Below are positions 35,705 through 50,497 of a stretch of 64,000 nucleotides of DNA, in pieces. This DNA is from a virus (lineage: Duplodnaviria > Caudoviricetes): the IMG/VR virus record IMGVR_UViG_3300025723_000013. One strand, given 5' to 3'. Below the pieces are notes generated by a model, which worked only from the letters and a program-made list of their open reading frames with translations, was not told the DNA's origin and did not search any database. The translations under genes and the position numbers were made by a program. Every line of letters starts with the position of its first letter. The stretch's first letter is position 1.

Positions 35705-37108
35705 TCAATTGGTTATCAATGTTCTAGTCCATGTTATAGACATGTTTATTGGATTATACGGAGTAAAAGCCAATGTAACTGCTCCGCCTATTATAGTGGC
35801 GTCAAAGGTTCCTAATTCGCCATTGTTAGTACTGATTCCGTATTCGTTTTTGTAAACAGTGGTTCCTGCATAAAATAATGTGATTTCAGAAATATGAACA
35901 CTCCCTGAATCCACTATTTGTATCAAGTATCGAGCAGTTCTGTAAATTGAGGTGGAGTAGGATTCTAACTGTACAGAGGTAGGCAAATTAATTCCTGAAT
36001 ATTTATTTCCAGTTATCCAAATTCCACTTCCGGTTGTACTCAAGAGTATCCCGCCATTGTTGATACCAAAATTAAATGTTCCAGATCCTCCAGATTGTAA
36101 ATTGCCTCCAATTCCGGCTCCGCCAATTACCTGTAGCGCGCCTGACGAAGTCGAATTGGAATTGGCTGTTCCTGATACAAATAAACTATTAGCCACCGAT
36201 AACTGATTGTTAATTGTGGCAGCACCTCCAACATATAAACCTCCCCCGATACCTACTCCGCCGGCTACAGTCAATGCCCCGGTAGTTGTGCTAACTGTAA
36301 GCCCATTACTGGTTATTACTACATTGCCGCCTGCATAAAGATTTCCGCCAAGTCCTAATCCGCCATTCTGTATTACCAATGCTCCTGTCAAAGTTGACAA
36401 GGCAGCGGCGGCATTATTGATTGTGATGGCATTGGTGGTTGTTGATCCAATATTGGTCACATATTGTAAAGATGCAGTATTTTGTATATAAACAGTTCCA
36501 GTGCCATTTTGTCCCAGCGACCAAACTTGCAAGCCTGCGCCAGCACTGGAGTAATTCAAGGTAGCATTACTAGCAACGATTGATCCAACACCCAAACTTG
36601 GAACATTAACAGTTGTTAATACAGGAGCTCCGTTAATGTACATGGCTTGGGAAGCAAATATTGTGGCTGCTCCTATTCCACCATTTGTTACTTGTAACGC
36701 ATTACCCAAAATAGAGGATGTTGATTGATAAGATCCCTGTATGGTAGCGCTATTGGCTATAATCAAATTTCCCAGTGTTCCGGTAGATCCAGCCAGTGTA
36801 TAATTTCCAAAAGTGGCTGCGGTAACTACCGGCGAATTATTAACAGTAGCTTGTCCGCCTACATTAAGATCTCCGTTGATACCTGCGCCTCCGCCAATAA
36901 CCAAAGCGCCGGTAGTTGGACTGGTTGAGGATGTGGCATTGTTGACAGTAAATGTTGTAGTTGTTCCTTGAACACTAAAGTTTGTTGAATTAAACCAAAC
37001 TGTGACTGCTCCGGTTGAGGTGCTAACACTGGTTCCTGTTCCGGCAGTTAGACTGCTGACTCCTACTCCGCCTGGAGATCCTTTGATATTACTATATTGG
37101 ATTGACAT
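35705..37108 (-). CDS. Tail fibre-associated structural protein
   Basis: 467 aa; five GALxV..GG motifs; C-terminal YRTARYLIQI..SEI..EYG..LGTFDA domain. Confidence 0.7.
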   Translation of the reverse strand: MSIQYSNIKGSPGGVGVSSLTAGTGTSVSTSTGAVTVWFNSTNFSVQGTTTTFTVNNATSSTSPTTGALVIGGGAGINGDLNVGGQATVNNSPVVTAATFGNYTLAGSTGTLGNLIIANSATIQGSYQSTSSILGNALQVTNGGIGAATIFASQAMYINGAPVLTTVNVPSLGVGSIVASNATLNYSSAGAGLQVWSLGQNGTGTVYIQNTASLQYVTNIGSTTTNAITINNAAAALSTLTGALVIQNGGLGLGGNLYAGGNVVITSNGLTVSTTTGALTVAGGVGIGGGLYVGGAATINNQLSVANSLFVSGTANSNSTSSGALQVIGGAGIGGNLQSGGSGTFNFGINNGGILLSTTGSGIWITGNKYSGINLPTSVQLESYSTSIYRTARYLIQIVDSGSVHISEITLFYAGTTVYKNEYGISTNNGELGTFDATIIGGAVTLAFTPYNPINMSITWTRTLITN

Positions 37109-37111
37109 TTT

Positions 37112-37974
37112 TTATACTACCCCTAATAACCAACCTTGAGAATTTCCAGAATATATCAAAGAATTGGCAGCGTTGTTTACGTTGACTATTAATGTTCCGG
37201 TTGTGCCATATATATTTGTACCAGTGCTTGGTTGGAAAATTAAATTTTTTGTTCCAAAAGTGCCTGAATAATCTATAAATGACACTGATGATCCAGTTGA
37301 CACATTTAATAAAGGTAGAGTAACAGTAATACTGGATGATGAAGTATCAATCAATAATTTATCACCTATTACCGATTGATAATTGGAATTGATATAGGTC
37401 CAAAATCCTCCAGAAACATTTCCTATTATTGTGCCTTGAACTGTTAAATTTTGTAAAGTGGTTGGCCCAGTGACCTGCAAAGATGTAAATTTAGCAGTTG
37501 ATGGATTAGTACTACCAATGGCCACATTATCCATGCTGCCAGGTGCACCTGGAAATATACTCACTGTTCCCAGCCCGCTGGGTTTAATACTTACATTGGC
37601 TCCACTAGGACTGAGAGTGATATCACTGTTAGCAGTCAAAGATCCATTGACTACTAAAGATGAGGAAAATTGAACCGGACCGCCCACTGTCAGGCTTCCG
37701 GATATAGATGAATTTCCTAAATCAGTAAAATTACCACCTAGATATAAATTTCCTCCAATAGAAGCACCACCATACGGTATAATTAATGCACCTGTAGAAG
37801 TATTAGTTGGTTGAGCTGTACCTCCTATGAATAGATTTTGCAAAACAGTATTAGCATTTCTGCGCCAACTGTTGGTTGAGGTAGAATAGTTATACAGTAT
37901 ACCATTTACCTGGGCCAGCTGTCCATCAACAAGGGGAGGAGATGGAAACGAGTTCATATTCGGTGGATTTGGCA

Positions 37975-37975
<1 letters not shown>
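37112..37975 (-). CDS. Tail fibre-associated protein
   Basis: 287 aa; FPSPP..G..NG..Y.Y..W start; IDTSSSSITVTLP..D..TFGT.NL..QGW domain also seen twice in fibre 1. Confidence 0.7.
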
Positions 37976-42298
<4,323 letters not shown>

Positions 42299-42306
<8 letters not shown>

Positions 42307-42685
42307 TAGCGGTCTCCAATACGCTAAGTGTTATATTACAGGTTCCTGGACTATCTGCATAACATACCACACTATCCAATTGCTCGACGATCATTTTACC
42401 ATTAACTGCGTTTGCGGCATCATTGGGTGGAACCAGAAATGCATCAAGCATTATGGTAGTTACTCCTGCCGGCTGAGCATTATGCCCGCTGGCGTCTGCA
42501 AATATAGGAAAGTTCCTTTGATGCGCAAACGTTACTGCATGAGCGTTCACTAGATCCAAATTGGCAATCTGTGTCATCAATACGATACTGGTTACTCCGA
42601 TAGGAGCAGTATAAACCGTAGCAGTGGTGTTGGTTGTTAACACCGCGGTTATTGTTCTAAATGTGTTTAACGGTAACGATGCCAT
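42299..42685 (-). CDS. Small beta-rich structural protein
   Basis: 128 aa; [21 protein letters not shown]; pattern shared with 51301-51615. Confidence 0.65.
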
Positions 42686-42697
42686 GTTGTTTTCCTT

Positions 42698-45600
42698 TTA
42701 TCTTCCTTCAATCGCTAATATAAACGGTGTCAAATTAGCAAACAAGCTCTTAGTAAATGTTCTTCCACTCAATACACCGGTGGCCTGGCTAATTACCAAT
42801 CCCGGTCCAATCCTAAAATCACCATTTTGATCTGTTGATGTAAAGAATATCTTACCATTATTTACTTGAACTACTTCCTGTCCCTGTATAGGATCTGCCA
42901 CTCCTCTCTGGGGCAATGCACTGTATGTCACGCCAGCACCCACGTATTCAAATGTATAGCCCGAAGCACTCATATAACTTCTTTGATAGAAGTTAACAGT
43001 GGCACCGTCTGGAAACAGCAGTGGATTGGATACTGTTTCTTCAATTCGCACAATATGATGTGTTCCTGCTCGATACCAATAACTCAATCCGCTGTAAACG
43101 CTGTAGTAGTTGGTACCGTAAGTGAGATCATAGATCAACTGTTGTAAGATTAGAGCCACGTCGCGCCGACATTTATATTCTTTGAAGGGCAAGGTTGGGT
43201 ATGTTTGTTTAATATAAACTATAACACTGTCAACATAGCTTTGTATATTGTTGGAAATTACGATAATAGCTGCTCCTGCTCCGGCCGGCGGAATAGTAGC
43301 CGGAACGGTGCTGGGCTTGACTATGTTGATTGTGTTGGTAACTGTTGATCCTGACACCTTTGTGGTGTAGGTCACTATATTTCCGCTGGCGTTAACAATT
43401 GGTAAAGTCGTAGACGATGTTAAACTGGTGATATAGTTTATGGATGTATTAATAAAATTGATAGGTCCTAAGATATTTGCATTGGTTAAAGTGTTAGCTA
43501 TCAATGTATTGAGATATCGCAAACTGGCCACTTCCGGACCTATTTGATCTACTTGTACACTTGCTGTGCTAAGAATACTGGTCCCCAATGTGTGTCCAAA
43601 GCTGTCATTGATTGTGCTGGAATCCACGGTATAATATGCATTACCGCAGAAATAAACATTGAAATAGTTGTTGTTGGTAAACAAGTTTGAGTTGGTAGGA
43701 TCTTGTCCGCCGTTGCCCAATCCTTGATTCAATGTTATTGATTGATAGCCAATGGCAACTATAGTGGTGCCTGGGAATGTGTAAGGCACAAAAATATTAT
43801 TAGTAGATGTTGTTCCTGTATTTCCATATTGATCGCGTATGTATACAGTATTGCCAACTGCTGCACCGGTAGTGTCAATGCCTTTTATTGTGATGCTGCC
43901 CGTGGTCAAAACGCCCACACTGGGTGAACCGGTTAGGAATCCAGGATAGCCTGCAGAATTAATATAGGTGGTAACAGTGTTTAAATATCCATTAAAATAA
44001 TTCACAGGAGGAACAATTTCCATTAACAGACCAATATGCGGTCTATAGCTAGTATCCGGCAAGTATACTTCAAGTGTGCCATTTTGTGGATAATAGCCTA
44101 GCGGGAAGTATTGTCCTATAGAGGTTGCAGTTGATTGTGAATAGCTGTATATGTAAGTGGGATAAGGCGGATTGTAAATGGTTCCGCTGAATTCTAATGG
44201 TCCATGCCCGTTTGATAGCAAGCAAATATCGCCAAAGTTGCTGTTGCTGTTTACAATACTTGCGATACCACCGTTGTCCACTTGCACGCCCACACTGCAG
44301 AAAATGGTGAATACAGATACCAGCTGAGCATAGCCGTTGTTGGTCACATGTATACCAACACCGCCTTGATTGATCTGCGTGAACGCATCATACACAAATG
44401 ATTGTATTGGCGAAATATCACTAACTACAGATCCATCAACGAGACTGCCGCCCATGGCGCCTATAACATCAACTTTTCTGCTGTTCCATGTGCTGGAACT
44501 GCCTGTATACTGAAGGCTCAGTGCTTCGACTTGACTGTTAGTGGCTGGGAATACTGCAGGGTTTCCAAAATACAGTGTGCCATTTTGCGCATCGCCAATA
44601 GTGGGTGTTGATAATTTAATGGTATACACATTGTTTGAGTTGGTAAAGCTCAGTACCGTTGTACTATTTCTCACATCATCCGAGCTGATTCCTGTTGTGG
44701 CAAACAGACCGGATCCGGTAAATGCAGGAGGAGCAGCATTTGGTCCATTTTGTATCACATTGGTTATGATATGGAAATTTCTGTTGATAGCAGTGGCAGC
44801 ATATTGACCGCCAATTAGATTGTAGTTGAAATATTGTGTAGCTGTTGATGTTATCGTGCTCAAATATCTTGTTACTGTTGAGTTATCAAACGTAGAGCTC
44901 ACAATGGGTGTATTGCTGATAACATTTAGGCATATGGCGTTCAAGTAGTTTATAGAATCCACACATATTGGAGCTTCTATGGATCCAAGAACCGGTGTAA
45001 CTCCCATAAATGCAGGTTCGATCACTTGCGGATACACTACTTGATAACTTGGAACTAGCGGTTGATTCTGAATAACAGATGCCATGATATATTTCAAATG
45101 ATCATAGGCTGCTGCCACTTGAGGTATTTCATTTCCTGCCGCAGTAACCAGTGCCGATGATGTGTTACTGAATGTATAATAGTACACTCCAGTTTGAATG
45201 GTTTGACGATTGCCCCCATGCAGTAGATCAAAACTTAAGGCATCAATCATGTTGCCCACATCTCTAGTTAGAGTAGCAGTATTAATACCCAAAGTGTTAT
45301 ACTTGTTGGTAATAGTTGTAACCGTTTGTGTTTGTAGCACACTTCTGTTGGCCTGTATCAATTCGTATGCCATCACAGTATTGGTGTTGAGTGATGGAAG
45401 TCCATTGGGCACAATTAAGTTAGTTACATTGGCAGTTCCCGAAGTGAGAATATTGGTCAGCGTATTGACATTTGCAGTGATTGTGGCTGTGGATGATAGA
45501 TAGTATGTTATTATTTGATTGATATAAATGCCCAGCGTCTGGACAGTGTCTACCGTGGCGGTCAATAGACTTTGAGTACCGGTGGTTAAACCGGCCTGAT

Positions 45601-48600
45601 TCCAATATTGTAAACCAGCAAATGTGCTTTGAGTATTGCCGTTATAGAGCAAATCCATGGCCACGCTGTCCACAATGATTCCTGTATCTCTCACACACGT
45701 GACCTTGTCATAATAAAAAGGCTGTGCAAAATAATAATTGATGTACGCGATTAATTCATTTTGTATGAATGCTCGATTAGCTGTCAATAAATTATAGGCA
45801 TTGATAGTGGACTGAGTTGTGGTTGATGCTAGAAGAATAGGCTTCTTGGCATAGGGAATATTGGGTCCAGTATTGATGATGCTGTTGATAATGTCAATGT
45901 CATTGGCGATAAATGCCACATCGGCGCTGGTTCCTGTATTGGTACTGGTAATAGGACTAACAGCATTTCCAGGCGAAGGAGTTACAGTTTGACCCAGGAT
46001 CAACTGGCTGGACACTTGTTTGATCCTGTTGTAGGCCGCTGTGATCTGTGCCAGCTCGTATGTGATTACACTGCTGTTGGGATTGTAATTGTAGTAATAG
46101 ACACCAGATTGTATGCTCTGTCTATTTCCACCATGTAACAAATCAAATGCCACGCTGGTCACTATATAACCAACATCTCTCGCGCATTTAACCTGATCAT
46201 ATTGAAATCCGGTAGCAAACTGATTGTTGATATAGGCAACTGTTTCAGCCTGTATAAATGTTCTATTGGCCGCTAGCAATTGCGCAGCATATACTGTGGT
46301 TGCTGTGGTGGTTGCTGTGATCGCGATAGAATTAGGAGCTAGAGCCGCCGATGTTCCTGAGTTGATAATATTGACAATTAAACTGATTTCTTTATTGACA
46401 TTAAAAACATCAGCCGTTGTCCCAGTGTTGGCACTGAGCACTTGTGTGACCGTTGTTTGATACTGTGTGGGTATTCTTTGTCCTGTTATGATGAAATTTG
46501 CAAGACTGTTTATAAAATTATATGCCGCAGTGGTTTGTGGAATTTCATTTGGAATAGCAGTTGATGTATTTGTGGAAGTAAATGCGTAGTAATAGACACC
46601 AGTTTGAATGGCCTGTCTATTTCCTCCATACAACAAATCAAACGCCACACTGTCTACCATTGATCCCATTGTTTGATAAAATTTATTCACATTATAAGAA
46701 TAGCCATACGGGCTGGTAGCTGTGATATAAGCTATCGCTTCTGTTTGCAGATAATTTCTATTGGCTTCTAATAACCAATAGGCAGTTTTCACATTGGTAT
46801 TGGTACTGGCCGATATGCCATTGGGCACAATCAAATCTGTTACGCCGGCGGTGCCTGAATTTATTATGCCAACAATCAAATTGAAATCATTATAAATGGT
46901 TTGTGCTTCTGCGATCGTGGCGGTTGTGCTTGAAGTGATTTGTTGCACAGCAGTTTGATATCTTTTGCCCGTAACGGTATTGGTTACGATTTGGGTGGCC
47001 AAATTGTTTATGTAGTTGATGGTGTTGGTTGTGGTGGTTATTTCTTGCAGGAATGTGGGACTGGCATATCCATTTTGGCTCCAGTATTGCAATCCGGCAA
47101 AATTGCTTTGCGTATATCCATTGCCTGGGAAAAGCAAGTCCAACGATATAGAATCAACGATCAATCCTGTATCTCTATAACAAGTGGCCTGATTGTAAAC
47201 AAATCCCGGATTGTTTTTATTCACATATGCTACCACTTCGGCAGCAATAAAATTTTGATTGGCCAATAAAATATTGTAGGAATTAATTAGACCAACATTG
47301 GTAGAAGACGAACCGTTTGGCACGATCTGATTGGTGATTCCTGTGACACCATTTGACAAAATATTGGTAATGGTGCTGAACAACAGTGCCACTGTTGTAG
47401 TGGCACTGGAAGCAAATGTGGATGTTGTACCAAACACCTGACTGGTAGCAGTCTGTAAAGATGTCACTGTGCTGTTGACAACTATTTTTTGTGCCAATTG
47501 ACTGGCATATTTGATTGCGTTTGTAGTTGTTGTGATTTCTTGTGCGATAGCACCGGTATAGCCGTATTGACTCCAGTATTGTAGTCCAGCAAAAATGGCC
47601 TGACTGTTGTCTTGTTGCAATAAATCCAGCGCCAAACTGTCAACTATTAATCCAGTATCTCTATAGCAGGTGGAGGTGTTGTAATTGAATCCGTTGCCAA
47701 ATGTGTTATCAATCCAGCCTGTGAGTTCGGCAGATATAAATGCGCGATTGGCTTCTAATAGATTGTAGGCATTAAACGCATTGGTATTGGTAGACAGTGC
47801 GTTGACCGCTATGGTACTGGGATACGAAGAAGATTTTGGGCCTTGTGTCACAATCTGCGTTATGAGATCAAGATTGGTGTCAATGGACTGCGCTTCTGCT
47901 GCCGTGGCCGGAGCTAGATTGGTTATTTGCGCAATCAATGTTTGATACAGTCCTGTGTTTTGCATGTTGTTAACTATGTTTACACATAGCTGCTGCATAT
48001 AAGTCAAAGCCGATGTTGGTAGAAGTTGTAAACTATTATAGTTAAGATAGTATTGTATCGCTGCCTGAATGGTGTTGGCATTGCCGCCGGCGGCGGTATC
48101 TGCTGCTATAGCTGTAAGCACCGTTCCGATATATTGATAACTTAGAGCTTGCTGTACAGGAGTCAGTGTATATGTGGCTGTGAATAAACTTCTTATATAG
48201 GCACTGACTTCTGTTTGAACAAACTGTATATTTTCATTTAGAATAACTTGGGCATTGGTATAGCCCGGTCCAAGATTGGGCCCAACCACAGTGGCAGGAA
48301 CAGCACTTGGACCTGTTGTATAGATATTTTTAAACAATGAGAAATTGTTTATCACAGCAGTTTGTGCTACGCCGCTGTCATCCTTGCTGCTTGTAAAATA
48401 ACTTAGCGCCGCTTCAATGGTTTTGGTATTGCCGCCAACAATAATGTCTTGGCTGATGGCATCGATCAAAAATCCCGAATCTCGATAAGACTTTGCGAGA
48501 TTGGTCACGAATGTGGGATAGGTGGCTGCAACATAATTGGCCACTTGTGTTTGCAAGAAATTTCTATTGTTATGCAATAGTAATTCTGCGCTAACCAATG

Positions 48601-50371
48601 GAGCTTCCGGTCCGCAACTGTTGAATGTTTGGGGCGCAACGCTGGTACCACTGTTAATTATGCTGATAATGATGTTGTAACCTGTAACAATTTCTTGACC
48701 AGCCAACGAACCATTGATTAATGCTGTATTAATGGTTTGTGACGTTGCTGTGCTAAACAAATTTGAGTTTAGAATCTGTTGATTTTGTATGATGGCTTGG
48801 CTGAGAGTATTGATGTAGTTAAGTGCTGCAATTGTTTGCAACTGTTGGCCTTGTATGAGACAAATATTGCCATTATAATAGGCCAATCCAGCTTCAACCG
48901 CTTTTTCATTGCCACCAAATGCAGCATCATAGGCCACATTTTGAACATTAAATCCCACATCTCTGGAAAATAGGGCCGGGGTATACACAAAATTTCTAAA
49001 ACTGGTTGAGGTGTTAAGTTGCGGAATAGTAATTGTGGCACTGGTAGCAATTTGATAATTTACCCAAGCCACTGTTTGATCCTGTATGAATGAAAGATTT
49101 GACAACAACAAGGTTCGAGCATTTAAGAACCCGGCGTCTTGAGGTCCACTTATCACATTCAATCCATTTACTATGGTTCCTGTAGAAACAGTTACCACTA
49201 TGGTAGTTGTATTTGATGCAAAGGTAGAGGTTCCTACAGCTTGTGGAACTTGTACTGTTTGATTGGGCACAAACATAGTTCCATCAACCAGCCATGGACC
49301 GCTTTGATTGGTGCAATTTTGTATGTATGGAGAATGGTAAACGTTTATCTTGGCACCATTCACTTGCGGAGGAAATGCTGTGGCGTATGCGCCTCTGTTT
49401 ACTCCATTGGGATACACGCCAGGCAACAACCCGCTTCTTCCGTTGAGGAATTGCATCTGCGCAAGATAGCATCCGCTTTGAACGTGGAATAGATCTTGTG
49501 TTTTATTGATGGGCTCGATGCTGGTTGTTCTTAAATCGTCTCCTACGATTGCGGTGTTGGGCTGCAAAAGTATGGGATTGTTTTCTAGGTAATGTCCGCT
49601 ATAAACCTTGATCATTGTGCCAGGAAGATAATAGGGACTGTTTACTGCACCGCTGATGGTGCGACAGGCTCTGCTGGGATCAGCTGCTCTACCATCGTTG
49701 GTGTCATTGCCGTCAACTGTGACATGCAGCACATTGGTGATTACCGGAGCAGTGCCTATAGGATTTTTTCCTTGCACTCTTAATTCGGCGTTGATCTCAA
49801 GTAAATTACTGCCCGGATTTATCGTGATAGTTCCGGTGCTGCTGATTTGATTGGTAATTATATTTGATATATAGCCATCTAACCAGGATTTAGAAGCACT
49901 GCCAAGATTGTATTGTTGATCAACGGCAGGAATGATATCGGAGGTTATTTCTGAACCAAAAGTCACTGTGTCGGTGGCTGTGTTATTTCCTAAAATAATA
50001 TTGCCATCGGCGGTGATATTTCCTGTAGCATGCAGATTGCCAGTTACCAGGGTATTGCCAACGAGATTTATCATGCCGTTGGCACTTGGTTGCAGCGTTA
50101 TTGGACCCACAGAAGTTGCAATAGTTCCGGAGTTTATTATCAATTGGCCTAATTGTGATTGACCAGTTCCGGGGCCTGTATAAACAACTTTTAGATTGTT
50201 GGCGTTAATGGTGCCATTAACATCCAATTCATAGGCAGGATTAGTTTTCTTGATACCAATGAGTCCACTGGAAACATTCAAGTATAATAAATTTGTTTCA
50301 AATGCTAAGTCTACGCCGTCGCGTAGTAAATTTGGCGCTAGCAACGGACCTGAGATGCGACCAATGGCCAT
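42698..50371 (-). CDS. Giant virion protein: split pectin-lyase-like beta-helix with helical repeats (2557 aa)
   Basis: HVTVDGNDTNDG..CRTI, IVGDDLRTT, SPYIQNCT ... DAFTQINQGG..YAQLVS.FT..NSNSNFG; ten RD.G..D..DL..GN repeats. Confidence 0.8.
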   Translation of the reverse strand: MAIGRISGPLLAPNLLRDGVDLAFETNLLYLNVSSGLIGIKKTNPAYELDVNGTINANNLKVVYTGPGTGQSQLGQLIINSGTIATSVGPITLQPSANGMINLVGNTLVTGNLHATGNITADGNIILGNNTATDTVTFGSEITSDIIPAVDQQYNLGSASKSWLDGYISNIITNQISSTGTITINPGSNLLEINAELRVQGKNPIGTAPVITNVLHVTVDGNDTNDGRAADPSRACRTISGAVNSPYYLPGTMIKVYSGHYLENNPILLQPNTAIVGDDLRTTSIEPINKTQDLFHVQSGCYLAQMQFLNGRSGLLPGVYPNGVNRGAYATAFPPQVNGAKINVYHSPYIQNCTNQSGPWLVDGTMFVPNQTVQVPQAVGTSTFASNTTTIVVTVSTGTIVNGLNVISGPQDAGFLNARTLLLSNLSFIQDQTVAWVNYQIATSATITIPQLNTSTSFRNFVYTPALFSRDVGFNVQNVAYDAAFGGNEKAVEAGLAYYNGNICLIQGQQLQTIAALNYINTLSQAIIQNQQILNSNLFSTATSQTINTALINGSLAGQEIVTGYNIIISIINSGTSVAPQTFNSCGPEAPLVSAELLLHNNRNFLQTQVANYVAATYPTFVTNLAKSYRDSGFLIDAISQDIIVGGNTKTIEAALSYFTSSKDDSGVAQTAVINNFSLFKNIYTTGPSAVPATVVGPNLGPGYTNAQVILNENIQFVQTEVSAYIRSLFTATYTLTPVQQALSYQYIGTVLTAIAADTAAGGNANTIQAAIQYYLNYNSLQLLPTSALTYMQQLCVNIVNNMQNTGLYQTLIAQITNLAPATAAEAQSIDTNLDLITQIVTQGPKSSSYPSTIAVNALSTNTNAFNAYNLLEANRAFISAELTGWIDNTFGNGFNYNTSTCYRDTGLIVDSLALDLLQQDNSQAIFAGLQYWSQYGYTGAIAQEITTTTNAIKYASQLAQKIVVNSTVTSLQTATSQVFGTTSTFASSATTTVALLFSTITNILSNGVTGITNQIVPNGSSSTNVGLINSYNILLANQNFIAAEVVAYVNKNNPGFVYNQATCYRDTGLIVDSISLDLLFPGNGYTQSNFAGLQYWSQNGYASPTFLQEITTTTNTINYINNLATQIVTNTVTGKRYQTAVQQITSSTTATIAEAQTIYNDFNLIVGIINSGTAGVTDLIVPNGISASTNTNVKTAYWLLEANRNYLQTEAIAYITATSPYGYSYNVNKFYQTMGSMVDSVAFDLLYGGNRQAIQTGVYYYAFTSTNTSTAIPNEIPQTTAAYNFINSLANFIITGQRIPTQYQTTVTQVLSANTGTTADVFNVNKEISLIVNIINSGTSAALAPNSIAITATTTATTVYAAQLLAANRTFIQAETVAYINNQFATGFQYDQVKCARDVGYIVTSVAFDLLHGGNRQSIQSGVYYYNYNPNSSVITYELAQITAAYNRIKQVSSQLILGQTVTPSPGNAVSPITSTNTGTSADVAFIANDIDIINSIINTGPNIPYAKKPILLASTTTQSTINAYNLLTANRAFIQNELIAYINYYFAQPFYYDKVTCVRDTGIIVDSVAMDLLYNGNTQSTFAGLQYWNQAGLTTGTQSLLTATVDTVQTLGIYINQIITYYLSSTATITANVNTLTNILTSGTANVTNLIVPNGLPSLNTNTVMAYELIQANRSVLQTQTVTTITNKYNTLGINTATLTRDVGNMIDALSFDLLHGGNRQTIQTGVYYYTFSNTSSALVTAAGNEIPQVAAAYDHLKYIMASVIQNQPLVPSYQVVYPQVIEPAFMGVTPVLGSIEAPICVDSINYLNAICLNVISNTPIVSSTFDNSTVTRYLSTITSTATQYFNYNLIGGQYAATAINRNFHIITNVIQNGPNAAPPAFTGSGLFATTGISSDDVRNSTTVLSFTNSNNVYTIKLSTPTIGDAQNGTLYFGNPAVFPATNSQVEALSLQYTGSSSTWNSRKVDVIGAMGGSLVDGSVVSDISPIQSFVYDAFTQINQGGVGIHVTNNGYAQLVSVFTIFCSVGVQVDNGGIASIVNSNSNFGDICLLSNGHGPLEFSGTIYNPPYPTYIYSYSQSTATSIGQYFPLGYYPQNGTLEVYLPDTSYRPHIGLLMEIVPPVNYFNGYLNTVTTYINSAGYPGFLTGSPSVGVLTTGSITIKGIDTTGAAVGNTVYIRDQYGNTGTTSTNNIFVPYTFPGTTIVAIGYQSITLNQGLGNGGQDPTNSNLFTNNNYFNVYFCGNAYYTVDSSTINDSFGHTLGTSILSTASVQVDQIGPEVASLRYLNTLIANTLTNANILGPINFINTSINYITSLTSSTTLPIVNASGNIVTYTTKVSGSTVTNTINIVKPSTVPATIPPAGAGAAIIVISNNIQSYVDSVIVYIKQTYPTLPFKEYKCRRDVALILQQLIYDLTYGTNYYSVYSGLSYWYRAGTHHIVRIEETVSNPLLFPDGATVNFYQRSYMSASGYTFEYVGAGVTYSALPQRGVADPIQGQEVVQVNNGKIFFTSTDQNGDFRIGPGLVISQATGVLSGRTFTKSLFANLTPFILAIEGR

Positions 50372-50473
50372 TAGGACTCCTCATACCACCGAGTTTCACG
50401 GGGAACCACATTACATTGCGGGTTTACCACAGTATGTTCCTGCTGGTAAAAGCCCCAACATCGATTGTATTTA
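50372..50473 (-). promoter_or_regulatory. Late promoter plus structured ~95-nt leader with 16-codon uORF
   Basis: TAAATA 50468-50473; uORF 50461-50411; hairpins 50423-50450 and 50406-50421; GAGGAG SD. Confidence 0.55.
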
Positions 50474-50497
50474 TTAAGGAATTCTTAAATGTTTCGG

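Noticed and set aside
50372-50461. Assignment of the leader to a hammerhead ribozyme or known riboswitch
   Set aside because: GAAAC is present but no CUGAnGA core; no match by eye to SAM, c-di-GMP, ZTP, fluoride or glutamine consensus; needs an Infernal search
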